Below, one piece after another: positions 41,311 to 53,385 of a stretch of DNA of 64,000 bases. A program made the position numbers and the translations under genes. Positions within the stretch are counted from its first letter, which is position 1. Each line of letters begins with the position of its first letter. This stretch comes from Eledone cirrhosa (taxonomy: Eukaryota), in the NCBI GenBank assembly GCA_964016885.1, contig OZ024745.1, positions 117,924,001-117,988,000 of the forward strand, read 5' to 3'. A model generated the notes under the pieces. That model saw nothing but the letters and a program-made list of their open reading frames with translations. It made no database searches and was not told the DNA's origin.

Positions 41311-41609
41311 AAGTGTTAAAACGATCAAATTTTAGTTATATAGAGTATATAAAGTATAAAATATTATTGGTTATATAATTGTTGTCCTTTAAACTTTTGT
41401 GGAGGGAGTTAAAAACATTTTTCTATTTAGTTTATTATAACTAGATAGTTTTTACATAGTTAGTATATGTATGTATAATATAAGGTATACACATGTGTGT
41501 GAGAATGCATATATATATACATATACACACATACACACATATGTGCATACACACACATATATATATATATATATACATACACACACATATATATATATAT
41601 ATATATTTA

Positions 41610-41815
41610 TTAGAAAGTGAGGTATTTTTTACAAAATGAAAAATAACCGAGGTGTCCTACACGAGTGAAAGTATAAAGAAAAAGAGATGAAATCGAAAAT
41701 GCAACTGAAGTCTTATTTTTAAAAAAAAATATATATATTTATTTGGTTCCTTTAAAAATATATATATTTAAAAAAAAATAAGACTTCAGTTGCATTTTCG
41801 ATTTCATCTCTTTTT

Positions 41816-41820
<5 letters not shown>
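41610..41820. mobile_element. Fold-back fragment of the Neptune-type pLTR tail
   Basis: 41610-41752 matches 60997-61137; ~41675-41735 is inverted at ~41760-41820; flanked by (TA)n. Confidence 0.8.
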
Positions 41821-41849
<29 letters not shown>

Positions 41850-41857
<8 letters not shown>

Positions 41858-44460
41858 AGAACAAAAGATGGTTAAAAGAGTTCCATGTGTTTTATTATGC
41901 GCATTTCAAAAACAAATATAATCATGCAATAATATTTGTGTTTTCATCAGATAAAACAGGAAGATATGATATGAAGGTTAAAAAAACACTTGTGGATAGT
42001 GCAGTTTTAAATCAACATATGAAAAGTAGTTATAGATTGATGTGTGATATTGGGAAAAATATTTTATTTTTGTGGGGGGTGGGGTGGAAAGGATGAAAAA
42101 GAGGAGGAGATGAGAGTAAAAAGTGGAGAGGGAGGAGTATAATGAGGAAGGATGAGATAGGAGGAGAGATGGGTGATAGAGAGAGAGATAGCTTTTATAA
42201 CTGAGAAAGATATATTGTTTTACATAGAGAGGTTGAAAACCGTTGGAAGATAATGTATAAATTAAAAGAATTTGAAAATTAACGAAGAGAAAAATAATGT
42301 AAAGTTAAGGTTTGTATATTGAGGGGTTTAATAATATGTGCGATGAAAAGAAAATGTTAATATGTATTAAGAATAATATTTAAGGGTTTAATAACATGTG
42401 CGATGGAAAAGAAAAAGTTAATATGTATTAAGAATGATATTTAGGGTTTAATAATATGTGCGATGGAAAGAAAATGTTGATATGTATTATTAAAAAGAAT
42501 AGGTAATTTAAGTAAGGGTATATTGTGAGATGAGCATGAATGAGTTAGATGAAAGGGAGAAAAAAATAATGAATTGAGGATGAATAATCTAACGTCAAAA
42601 AAAATGTTTGTTTACGAAGGATTTTTACAAGGTGATATAGAGTAAGAATGTATTGTATTATGTAATAATTGATTCTATGTTAGGCAACAGTGAGAAAAGG
42701 TACATTTTAGGGGTTAGACATTAAAAGAAAGAGAGAAGAAAGGGAAGTGATAAATAGGAGCGATATAGAATGAGTAACAAGTATTATAGAATGTATAATA
42801 ACCTTTGAAATAAGGTAGAAAGATGGGTATATTTTTAAAGAAGTGTATATATATATATATGCCTTTGAGAAGAAGATTCTAAAATGATAAAGATTTGGGT
42901 ATTAGCTGTATACTTTGTGGAATGTTTTGTGGAATTTATGCAAGCAGATAGAAAACAAGTCAGTGCGTCTATTTATTATAGAATCTAAATTAGATATAAT
43001 GGTAAATTTTTCATTTAGACAGAGATTGCAAATTTTGGATAGAGAACTGTTCAAGTATGAAGACGCAGAAGAAACCTTCTTCCAAAAGATGCTATATTTA
43101 ATATTTTTGTCTTTCAAGGACCATATGAGTTCTGAGAGAGCCGTGTTGGTTCTTTTAAGTTTATATTTAAAAGACGAATGATGGTTATAAAGACGAGCTT
43201 TAAAAGACGTGGAAGTGGAGCCAACATAGGTGAAGGAATTGGTGTCAGTTATAACTTTACATTCGTAAATTAAGTTTTTATCAAGACAATGGTTGTTGAG
43301 AGGACATTTATTTTTAACAGGGCAATTGCAATTGCGATTAGAGAGATTATTAACGAGTGACCTAGTGTTATCTATAGAAGGAATTGGATTGGAGAAGTTA
43401 TTTGCGATAGGAATAATAGTTTCTTGATTTAGAATGGGATTAAGAACATTTAGCGAAGTTGTGTTTGACGTTGTATTTGGGTTTGCAGAAATTAGCCTAG
43501 GGTTTACAATGACGTCGGAGTACTATTACTATTATTATGATATTCAGTGTTGGAAGGAAGAGATTTAGTGTTTAGTATTTTATTGTTGTGTTTAGAGATA
43601 ATGTTGGAAATGTTGGAGGATGTAGAATAGGAAAATTTTATAGTGTGTTTGTTAAATATTTTACTATAGAGAAAGGAGCATTATACCAGATTATGTTTTT
43701 GTATCTAGGTCTTTTATTAAAGTTATTGGAATGATCATGATTAATTATTCTACTGTAAGTTCTTCTAGAATTTGTTTCTTTACTATATTTGATTTTATCA
43801 GGATAGCCGGCTTTAGAAAGCGCGTTATTATAGTAATTGGCGTTAGCATCAAAGATGTTTTTATTAGAAGATAGGTTAGATATTCTTTTTCCAATATTAC
43901 TAACTATAGCATTCTTGATATTAGTAGGATGGTTAGATTTAAAGTTAACATAATTTAGGTTCTCATTGTTTTTATGGTAAGGGTAACATAGGCCAGTGTC
44001 AAGATTAAGAGATACATCCAAGAAATTAGCTAGTTTGATGCTGTTATCAAATTCAATTTTTAGGTTATGTTGGTTAAAGAGATTACGTATATTGTTCTTA
44101 ATAATATTAAGGTTAACTATGTTGCAATTTAAGATAGTAAAGAGTCCATCGTCACGATAAATTCCACCGCGAAGTTGAGGAATTTTCCGACTCAAAGAGT
44201 TCAAAATAAAGATACCAATTAAATCTGTCAATTAGGATGAATCGGATGCTCCCATTGTGATGTCGAAGTTGTTAGAGGTATCGGCTCTGGTCCAATATTC
44301 GTTGTTGAACTCTAGTATGGTTTTACGTGCGGTGAGAATGATGTGAAGTTCATCTGTGGTGATGTCAGAATATTTAAGTGCGAAAGATAGAGCATTTTTG
44401 AGAAGTGAAGGCGAAATAGAAGAATAGTAGCTGGCAATATCGAATTGAACAATTTTTTAT
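41850..44460 (-). mobile_element. Naiad-type Penelope-like element, 5'-truncated: RT, GIY-YIG and 3' UTR
   Basis: QFDIASYYSSI..FDITMGASDSS*LTDLIG..GIYRDDGL..YVNFKSNHP..WYNAPFS; CNCPVKNKCPLNNHC..LIY..YVGSTSTSFKARLYNH..CNLCLNEK. Has an in-frame stop and a frameshift. Confidence 0.9.
41889..41957 (-). ncRNA. Type I hammerhead ribozyme at the 3' end of the Naiad-type element
   Basis: gttttat CTGATGA aaacacaaatat..atatttgttttt GAAA tgcgca TA ataaaac. Confidence 0.9.
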
Positions 44461-44915
44461 ATTATGTATACTCCAGTCCTACAAACTGTAGAGTGCTTCT
44501 TATCCGATATCTGCATTGCTTTATTGTACTACAATAAAACTCACCTCCTACATATATATTTATATATATATGTATATATATATGTATATATATATATATA
44601 CATACAGATTGTGTAGAGATAGTTGAAGATTTTTATGACAGGATAGTGAGTTGCATAATATATACTGGAGTAATTGGAGTTATATACACAGTTGTCTGCT
44701 ATTTAGGTGGTGGTGTATATTGAGAGTTTATTAGAGTGTCTATATTATTTAAATCTTTTAATTGTATAAGGTAAGAGATCAAACAGGAGTTTATTGACTG
44801 TATGTAGGTCAGTGTAGTCTTTTAATTAAAGTGTAGTCCTATATTCATGAAGGTCTAGTTGGATAAATGAAGGTCTAGTTGGATAAATTACAAGGTGGTG
44901 GTCTATTATATATAT

Positions 44916-44965
<50 letters not shown>

Positions 44966-44972
<7 letters not shown>

Positions 44973-47040
44973 TTAGAAACACACAGATAGATGCGGACAC
45001 ACACATATACATGAATGCATCCACATCCAACCGTGAGTTAATGGTGCCAACCTTACCGATGTTGCTCAATGAATGACTGGGACAGACCAATCCGGTTGAA
45101 CTAGACTGAACCAGTATCAGAGTTAAAAATACATTATGAAGAGAGAAGAAATATTTAGATATAATTAGTAATAAAATGTATCATACCTAAACTGCTTCTA
45201 GATTCCTCGACTACGTAGTTTCGTGGCATAAACAAAAACAGTACATCATAAAGATATAGAGCTTTTGCGAGGTCTGCCGACTTATCAAGAGGATACCTCG
45301 TTTTACTAGCTTCAAGAACGCGTCTACATGACGTGAGAAAGAATCCCAAAAGACGGAGGGGGAGATAGTCACGCGATATAACGGTCGAGAAACAGAGCTA
45401 AGCCTCTTATAACCCCGAAGAAAATACCACGGAGGTAGAGGGGGTATTTATATCGAAGCCGTAGAAGAGGTGGTGAAGGAGGAGAGAAGTATGAGTAATG
45501 GCAGCTTTCCAGCAGTCACCACACTTCAAAGATTTCTCGACCAGAGGGAGTTATGAACAATATATTTAGAAACACACAGATAGATGCGGACACACACATA
45601 TACATGAATGCATCCACATCCAACCGTGAGTTAATGGTGCCAACCTTACCGATGTTGCTCAATGAATGACTGGGACAGACCAATCCGGTTGAACTAGACC
45701 TAACCAGTATCAGAGTTAAAAATACATTATGAAGAGAGAAGAAACATTTAGATATAATTAGTAATAAAATGTATCATACCTAAACTGCTCCTAGATTCCT
45801 CGACTACGTAGTTTCGTGGCATAAACAAAAACAGTACATCATAAAGATATAGAGCTTTTGCGAGGTCTGCCGACTTATCAAGAGGATACCTCGTTTTACT
45901 AGCTTCAAGAACGCGTCTACATGACGTGAGAAAGAATCCCAAAGGGCGGAGGGGGAGATAGTCACGCGATATAACGGTCGAGAAACAGAGCTAAGCCTCT
46001 TATAACCCCGAAGAAAATACCACGGAGGCAGAGGGGGTATTTATATCGAAGCCGTAGAAGAGGTGGTGAAGGAGGCGAGAAGTATGAGTAATGGCAGCTT
46101 TCCAGCAGTCACCACACTTCAAAGATTACTCGACCAGAGGGAGTTATGAACAATATATTTAGAAACACACAGATAGATGCGGACACACACATATACATGA
46201 ATGCATCCACATCCAACCGTGAGTTAATGGTGCCAACCTTACCGATGTTGCTCAATGAATGACTGGGACAGACCAATCCGGTTGAACTAGACCTAACCAG
46301 TATCAGAGTTAAAAATACATTATGAAGAGAGAAGAAACATTTAGATATAATTAGTAATAAAATGTATCATACCTAAACTGCTTCTAGATTCCTCGACTAC
46401 GTAGTTTCGTGGCATAAACAAAAACAGTACATCATAAAGATATAGAGCTTTTGCGAGGTCTGCCGACTTATCAAGAGGATACCTCGTTTTACTAGCTTCA
46501 AGAACGCGTCTACATGACGTGAGAAAGAATCCCAAAAGGCGGAGGGGGAGATAGTCACGCGATATAACGGTCGAGAAACAGAGCTAAGCCTCTTATAACC
46601 CCGAAGAAAATACCACGGAGGCGGAGGGGGTATTTATATCGAAGCCGTAGAAGAGGTGGTGAAGGAGGCGAGAAGTATGAGTAATGGTAGCTTTCCAGCA
46701 GTCACCACACTTCAAAGATTACTCGACCAGAGGGAGTTATGAACAATATATTTAGAAACACACAGATAGATGCGGACACACACATATACATGAATGCATC
46801 CACATCCAACCGTGAGTTAATGGTGCCAACCTTACCGATGTTGCTCAATGAATGACTGGGACAGACCAATCCGGTTGAACTAGACTGAACCAGTATCAGA
46901 GTTAAAAATACATTATGAAGAGAGAAGAAACATTTAGATATAATTAGTAATAAAATGTATCATACCTAAACTGCTCCTAGATTCCTCGACTACGTAGTTT
47001 CGTGGCATAAACAAAAACAGTACATCATAAAGATATAGAG
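44966..47040 (-). repeat. 593-bp tandem array (3.5 near-identical units) carrying hammerhead ribozymes
   Basis: Unit starts at 44966, 45559, 46152 and 46745; (TA)n at both ends; HHR at 45204-45293, 45797-45886 and 46390-46479. Confidence 0.95.
45204..45293 (-). ncRNA. Type I hammerhead, U3-A8 variant core (repeated in each full 593-bp unit)
   Basis: tcctc TTGATAA gtcggca [46 nt] tgccac GAAA ctacgtag TC gagga. Confidence 0.8.
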
Positions 47041-47151
47041 CATATATATATATATGTGTGTGTGTGTATATGTGTGTCTATATATACATTTAATATATAT
47101 ATATGTGTGTGTATGTGTGTATATATTTATATATATGTGTGTGTGTATGTG

Positions 47152-47194
<43 letters not shown>

Positions 47195-47636
47195 GTGTGT
47201 GGTGGTGCTAGGAGTACTCCACAAAAAATGTTCATCTCTTTGATAAGATAGATGTTAAGATGGAAGCAAAAGTTATTTTAGCATTGCAAAGTTAGCGATA
47301 ATCACGATTATCAGTCGGTGTGATAAAATGTACTTTTGTAAATTCAACTAATTTTTCTAGACTATTCATTCAAAGTTATATTTATATCTGGTATGTCCTG
47401 CTGAAAATAACACAGCATTTCGCAATAATCATTGATTTTCAGGAAATAAATTCATACAAAATTATCGGTTAGAATGCTGAAGACAGAATGAGAACGGATA
47501 TATAGGTATTCAATATTGAATATTTAGAAGCTAGTCTATGGTTTTCTTGAGAAATATAGATTTACAAAGTTTTAAATGAGCATACTTCACTTTGAATGAA
47601 CGCGTCATGAGGTAACTGACTACTGCTACCTTCTAT

Positions 47637-47748
<112 letters not shown>

Positions 47749-47905
47749 GGTAGAACACTAGTGGGTTATATCCGCAGCGATAGAGCACTCAGTCCATGGG
47801 ACGAGTTTGGTAGAAGTAGTTCCACAACAGTCAATTCACCATTTCCGAGAATAATTTGTTTCACCTCAAACGGATTTCTCCGAAATGGTGAATTAACTGT
47901 TGTGG

Positions 47906-47944
<39 letters not shown>

Positions 47945-48001
47945 TGGCGGATTCTTCGCTTGCGAAGATCAAAGGGAAGAATTATTGGACCCCCCCCCAC
48001 A

Positions 48002-48092
<91 letters not shown>

Positions 48093-48141
48093 TAAAGCAG
48101 AAAGGCCGTTTTATGTATATATCATCTGTTTATTATATAAT

Positions 48142-48212
48142 CCTGTTATGCGCATTTCTAAGACATCAAAGTGGGTGCGAAATAATCCTTTGATGTGTTG
48201 TCGTCAGACAGG
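48142..48212 (-). ncRNA. Type I hammerhead ribozyme; decayed inverted copy at ~48330-48385(+)
   Basis: cctgt CTGACGA caacacatcaaag..ctttgatgtctta GAAA tgcgca TA acagg. Confidence 0.85.
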
Positions 48213-48429
48213 TGTTAAGGTGTAATACTTTTTATTATTTTTTATATGCTCACTTGAAACCGGATAGCTAACATTCTGTTCCAACCTATGGCGAACATAT
48301 CAAAAACAAAAAAGAATTACACCTTAATACCCGTCTAATGATTATTACGCAAAACACTGTGATGTCTTCGAAATGTGCCTAACAGATTAATAAACAGAAG
48401 TTGTAAACATTATACTAACTATGGTATCA

Positions 48430-48498
48430 TTTAGGTACAACTGTTTCGCAAGCTGTCTAAGATATTTCAGAGACCAGACTCCAGTTCCTCAGCCTAAA
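48430..48498 (-). ncRNA. Type I hammerhead ribozyme with irregular stem II
   Basis: tttagg CTGAGGA actggagtct..agacagcttgc GAAA cagttg TA cctaaa. Confidence 0.7.
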
Positions 48499-48573
48499 AT
48501 TACTTCAAGGGTTTTGATCGATTTGTTTTTTCGATATAAAAGAGTTTCAGATGATTTTGGAGGATTATACAAT

Positions 48574-48633
<60 letters not shown>

Positions 48634-48682
48634 CACAAATACACACACACACACACATATTCATATATATATATACATATAT

Positions 48683-48872
48683 AGTTTTAATATAGATGAG
48701 ATTCTACAGGACTAGAACTGTTTCATTCTTGAGAGATCATCAGGAATCTGGCTTTCCAAAATAAATGTTGTGGTATTTATATCCTTTCAGGTGGTAGGAG
48801 AGGGTGGGGAGTGGGATGGGTGGAGGTCATTGGTTGAAAGAAAAGGGAATTCATTAAAAGCTAATTTTTTAA

Positions 48873-48950
<78 letters not shown>

Positions 48951-49487
48951 TATAATGTGTGTGTGTGTGTGTGTGTGCATGTGTCTGTTGACACCTGTAA
49001 TTTAGCTTAAGAGAAACATGACAATAATGATAGCATAGGCGCCCAATATTTTGAACTGGTTTATAGAATTCTCTTGGCCTTTGTCACTTTAAGTAGAGCT
49101 TTAAAGAATTAGCTTTTAAAGAATGTCCCTTTTCTTTAAATCCATCAACCATGACCGACCCACAACCATCTTATAGACACCTGAAATATAGGCATTGTTA
49201 GCCTAAGAGAAACTTAAAAATAAGGAGTGGCTCCCCAATCTGAACTTATTTATAGAATTCTTTCTGCCTTTGTCACTCTAAATATAAACTATAGCCTTAA
49301 AGAATTAGCTTTTAATGAATTCCCTTTTCTCTCAACCAATGACCTCCACCCATCCCACTCCCCACCCTCTCCTACCACCCGAAAGGATATAAATACCACA
49401 ACATTTATTTTGGAAAGCCAGATTCCTGATGATTTCTAAAGAATGAAACAGTTCTAGTCCTGTAGAATCTCATCTATATTAAAACTT
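48683..49487. mobile_element. Fold-back pLTR-like element with an HHR in each arm (48699-48749 minus, 49420-49470 plus)
   Basis: ~190-bp inverted arms; agattc CTGATGA tttctaaagaat GAAA cag ttctagtc ctg TA gaatct. A fragment of the same family lies at ~19830-19870. Confidence 0.82.
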
Positions 49488-49797
49488 TTATACTCTGCTA
49501 TGTATTGAGTACCTTACTTACTGTGGTTACCTCCGATTCATCCCGGAATAACTTACCTATATACATATATATATATATATATATAGGAAAAGAGTCAGGA
49601 TACTGCTGAGCTTCTGCCGTTTCGACAGCTAGATCCGAACAGTTCGGATCTAGCTGTCGAAACGGCTGGAGCTCAGCCGTCGGGCTCCTCACTCTATTCC
49701 TATTACCCACTCTAATACCCTAAGTATCGAGTACTCTGGTGCATAATGGCCCACCTGGTATCTTACCACACTTTCTTTGTTATATATATATATATAC

Positions 49798-49892
<95 letters not shown>

Positions 49893-50965
49893 ATATTGAT
49901 TTTGAAAGGTATTATTGTTAAAGCTTTTACATATTCTATGAATTGCTTATAGCTTTTTAATGCTCCTTCATTCATATCAATTTTGCTATGTTTTTTTATC
50001 CAGGAGGCGCCTGTAAATAATTTATTTACTAAATAGTTCTATTTCTCTGTACATTTTCTAACTAATTCTTTCATCAAGTACGGTGAAGGCCATGATTCAG
50101 TGATTAGACCGAAACATACAAGCATACAAACATAACAAGATGCACACAGATACTTACACAAAATAAGACATATTCAAGTAAGACAGTCGTACATTAGAAA
50201 AGAAGGCATTGGAAAATGCAGTAGTTAGTACGTGTAATAAAAAAAAACTAATGTGAGGAAATCAGAAGGCTAAAAGAAAGTTAATTATATAAACAAGCAA
50301 GGAAGACTGTTATAAATTACAATCTCTTTTATGTTCTCGACATATGTTTCACAAGTTCGAAGAAGCTGAAAGATATATCAGAAAGAGTAATGCTGGTTAA
50401 CGATGTGTCCAAGGAAAGACAAGAAAAATAAGCTGAAAATATATTTGGCATGATTTATTTCTATACCATAACTGTGAAAGCTATTAAACAGTTCTCGGTG
50501 GTGATGTAAATGTTGTTTATATGCTATCAATACATCGTAATTGTATGCGAAAACTAAGTCGATTCTTCTAGTTACTTCATCAATAAACTACTAAACTGCT
50601 TTTGCAGCATTTCTTAACCCGAAGCACATTCAAACGAATTCAAAAAGTCCGAAAGCTGTAGTGATTGCAGTTTTGGGGATACCTGTAGTTCTAGCAGGTA
50701 TTTGATGGTCAGCCCGTATAAAATCAACTTTAGATAAAATAGTGGCTCCGTTCAATGAAGAAGGAAAGTAATTTGTGTAGAATTTAACATTCGATAATCC
50801 TCTTGCAGTAATTATCGCATGTTATAGAAAGCAGACAACTAATTACTAGATGGCGAGAGAATTATGCCTAATTCCGGCATGTGGTTGGATTCTTGTTCAA
50901 CCACTTTTAAATGGTCTGAAGATACTTTAAGAAGCTTAGGACAACCACGTGAACCTTATGTACTA

Positions 50966-51071
50966 ATGGTTTCTGATTTAGGCACAAGGCCAACAATTTC
51001 GGGGGAGGGGAAAGTCGATTAAATCGACCTCAGTGCATTACTGTTGCTTTATTTTATCGACCCCGCAAGGA
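50966..51071 (-). mobile_element. SINE family A, 3' half
   Basis: Reverse complement of the core and tail. Confidence 0.85.
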
Positions 51072-51635
51072 TAAACGCAAGGATAAACGTCTAAACTAGT
51101 GTCTGCGAAAACGTCTAAACTAGTGTCTGCGAAAACAAAACCGAAAGGTAGCATAGATAGATGAGATTATAACTATCAAAATAGATTATAGATGTATATC
51201 TATCGATAGCTTATATAACCTGGCGACTTTAATAAGATTTCTCTTTTAAAATGTTGTTTTTGAAAATTCATCATGTAATGTCAGTTAAAAATATTTCTCA
51301 GGATATTTCTCAATCTCAATTTACATCCTTAATAAGACTGTAATAATAAAAAAATTGTGAACTCATAAGAACAACGAGTTCAAAATTCCATTAAATTTGC
51401 CTCAAAAATAACCACCTCGAAAATGAAAGTGTGAATCAGCTGAAATACATGTTGTGCTAAAGATAACTGTTAGCTTGTAGCAATTCCCTTTTATTTCAAA
51501 TTCTAAGATGCTAACTTGCATTAAACATAATATCAAATTATTAATTACTTCTGCATTTATGGATAAAGAAATTAAGGATAAAAAGAAAAGAATGTCATTT
51601 ATTTGAGTGCTTAAAACAAAACATTATATATCAAC

Positions 51636-51826
51636 AAGGAGGTGGATTGGCAGTATCGGTAGAGGGTCGGACGCCATGCTTTGACGCATAGAGTTACGGT
51701 CCTTGCCATTCTGAGTTCAAATCCCGCCGAGGTTAACTTTGCCTTTCATCCTTACGGGCTCGATAAAATAAAGTACCAGTAATGCACTGAGTAATTGCTG
51801 GGATTGTGCCAAAAGTAGAAACAATT
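51636..51826 (+). mobile_element. SINE family A, full length
   Basis: Matches the consensus. Confidence 0.93.
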
Positions 51827-52509
51827 ATATCTCAACATCGTAGGTCTAAAGCGAAAAGTGTTCCTTCATCGTTGATCACCAATTTATGTAGTAAATGCGT
51901 ATAAGAGCAAACTTTAACGCAAGGAAACCAGAAGGCTAAAAGATAACCCATTAAATAAGCAAGCAAGGACAGCTGCATATGAAATTATAATATCTTTTAT
52001 TTTCACTACAAGTTCACTTCAATCTAACAGCACTGCGTAGAAAAGGTAACGCATACAATAATTTGAATGTTAATTATAATTTAACAAAAAGGGAATGTAA
52101 TGCAGTCTAAAGTTTGTCTTGAGTCCTGGCATGAAGCGACTGAGAGTACAAGACTTCCCCTGGACAGGACGCCAGTTCATCGTAGGATTAAACCCCCAGA
52201 TATGGTTGGTACTCATTTTTTGTTTTATCTGAGTATACTGGACCAACGTGAAATGCTCCAGTATACTCAACTGAAAAAAAGAATAAGTACCAGCAATGGC
52301 TGGGAGTTTAACACTGCGATGGACTGGTGTCCTGTCCAGGGGAGGATAGTCTTGTACTCAACAATACTGCGTAGAAAGGGTAGTGTATACAATAACTCAA
52401 ATATTAATTATAATTAAACAAAAAGAGAATGTAATGCAGTGTATGTATTTAATGTTGACGAGTATTAATACCTGCTAGGTTAAATGATAAATTTCTTGTG
52501 AATGTATAA

Positions 52510-52900
52510 TTCACTTGTACCTAAAGAACAAAGGTGGAGAAGCAGTAGAGGACTGGATGGATAAAATCAACTGAGACCCCAAGCTTCGACACTCGTTTTA
52601 CAGTGCTCACTAGAAACGTGGATCTCACCATGGGCACAGCAACATCGCTGGACTGTGTAAAAAGACTGTGCTGGACCCTATTCCATCAAACCAACACTCG
52701 CCATTTGGGATCCTAATCAATGCAGTTGTAGTTTCAGCCATCATGCCTTTTAAAAGGTGCTTCAATTACAAGAAAGCATATTGGAGAGGTTTCACCAACA
52801 AGCTGGAAGAGAAGATCAAACATATAATACCAACAAGCAATAACTACAACCTCTTCCATCAAACCAAACAAGTATAAAACGACATTTCATGACGGTACCA
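52510..52900 (+). mobile_element. LINE AP-endonuclease fragment (Ingi/Vingi-like, tentative)
   Basis: VLDPIPSNQHSP...PFKRCFNYKKAYWRGF. Confidence 0.55.
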
Positions 52901-53119
52901 TTCGCCCAGCTACATGATGAAAACAAAATGGTAAAAATAGGCATACTAGGAAGCTAAGTCTATAGCCGCCAGAAAAACGTTTGTTCGTGAATTATTTGTT
53001 CCATGTCCAATCGCTGGAACATTCAGTCACATCTATAATAAACAAGAGCATTACTACAACGCAATCCTTACGAATCCCATACAACCCATACAAATAGTAG
53101 AATATTCTTCTTGTGACGC

Positions 53120-53385
53120 TAAACTCTGCCAGTTGCAGACTGTGTATCAACATGTGACATCTCACTCCACAAAGTTCGATCACCACCAACAGAGTTCAAA
53201 GAGCAAAGATCAAATCCAGTCCATAAGTTGACATTATCAAGCCATCGTTTTGGCGGCCAACCGTTGCTTCTCTTACCAGCCAACCTTCCTTCCAGGCATA
53301 ACCTACTCACACCACGAGTTGATCTTTTTATATGGCCGTATAGTTTGAGTACTCTTGATTTGACAATTAATCTAATTGGTCAAGT
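53120..53385 (-). mobile_element. RTE LINE C-terminal fragment
   Basis: LKLYGHIKRS..LEGRLAGKRSNGWPPKRWLDNV. Confidence 0.8.

Noticed and set aside
42902-43340. Selenocysteine recoding, known in some Naiad elements
   Set aside because: Manual translation of the Cys-rich linker and GIY-YIG shows no in-frame UGA; the stop in the RT is UAA.
45155-46535. Three identical 64-aa ORFs in the 593-bp array
   Set aside because: Non-ATG start, no recognisable motif, overlaps the ribozyme; identity simply reflects the tandem repeat.
50330-50950. Coding-like decayed sequence
   Set aside because: Stops in the frames I tried and no motif I could recognise.
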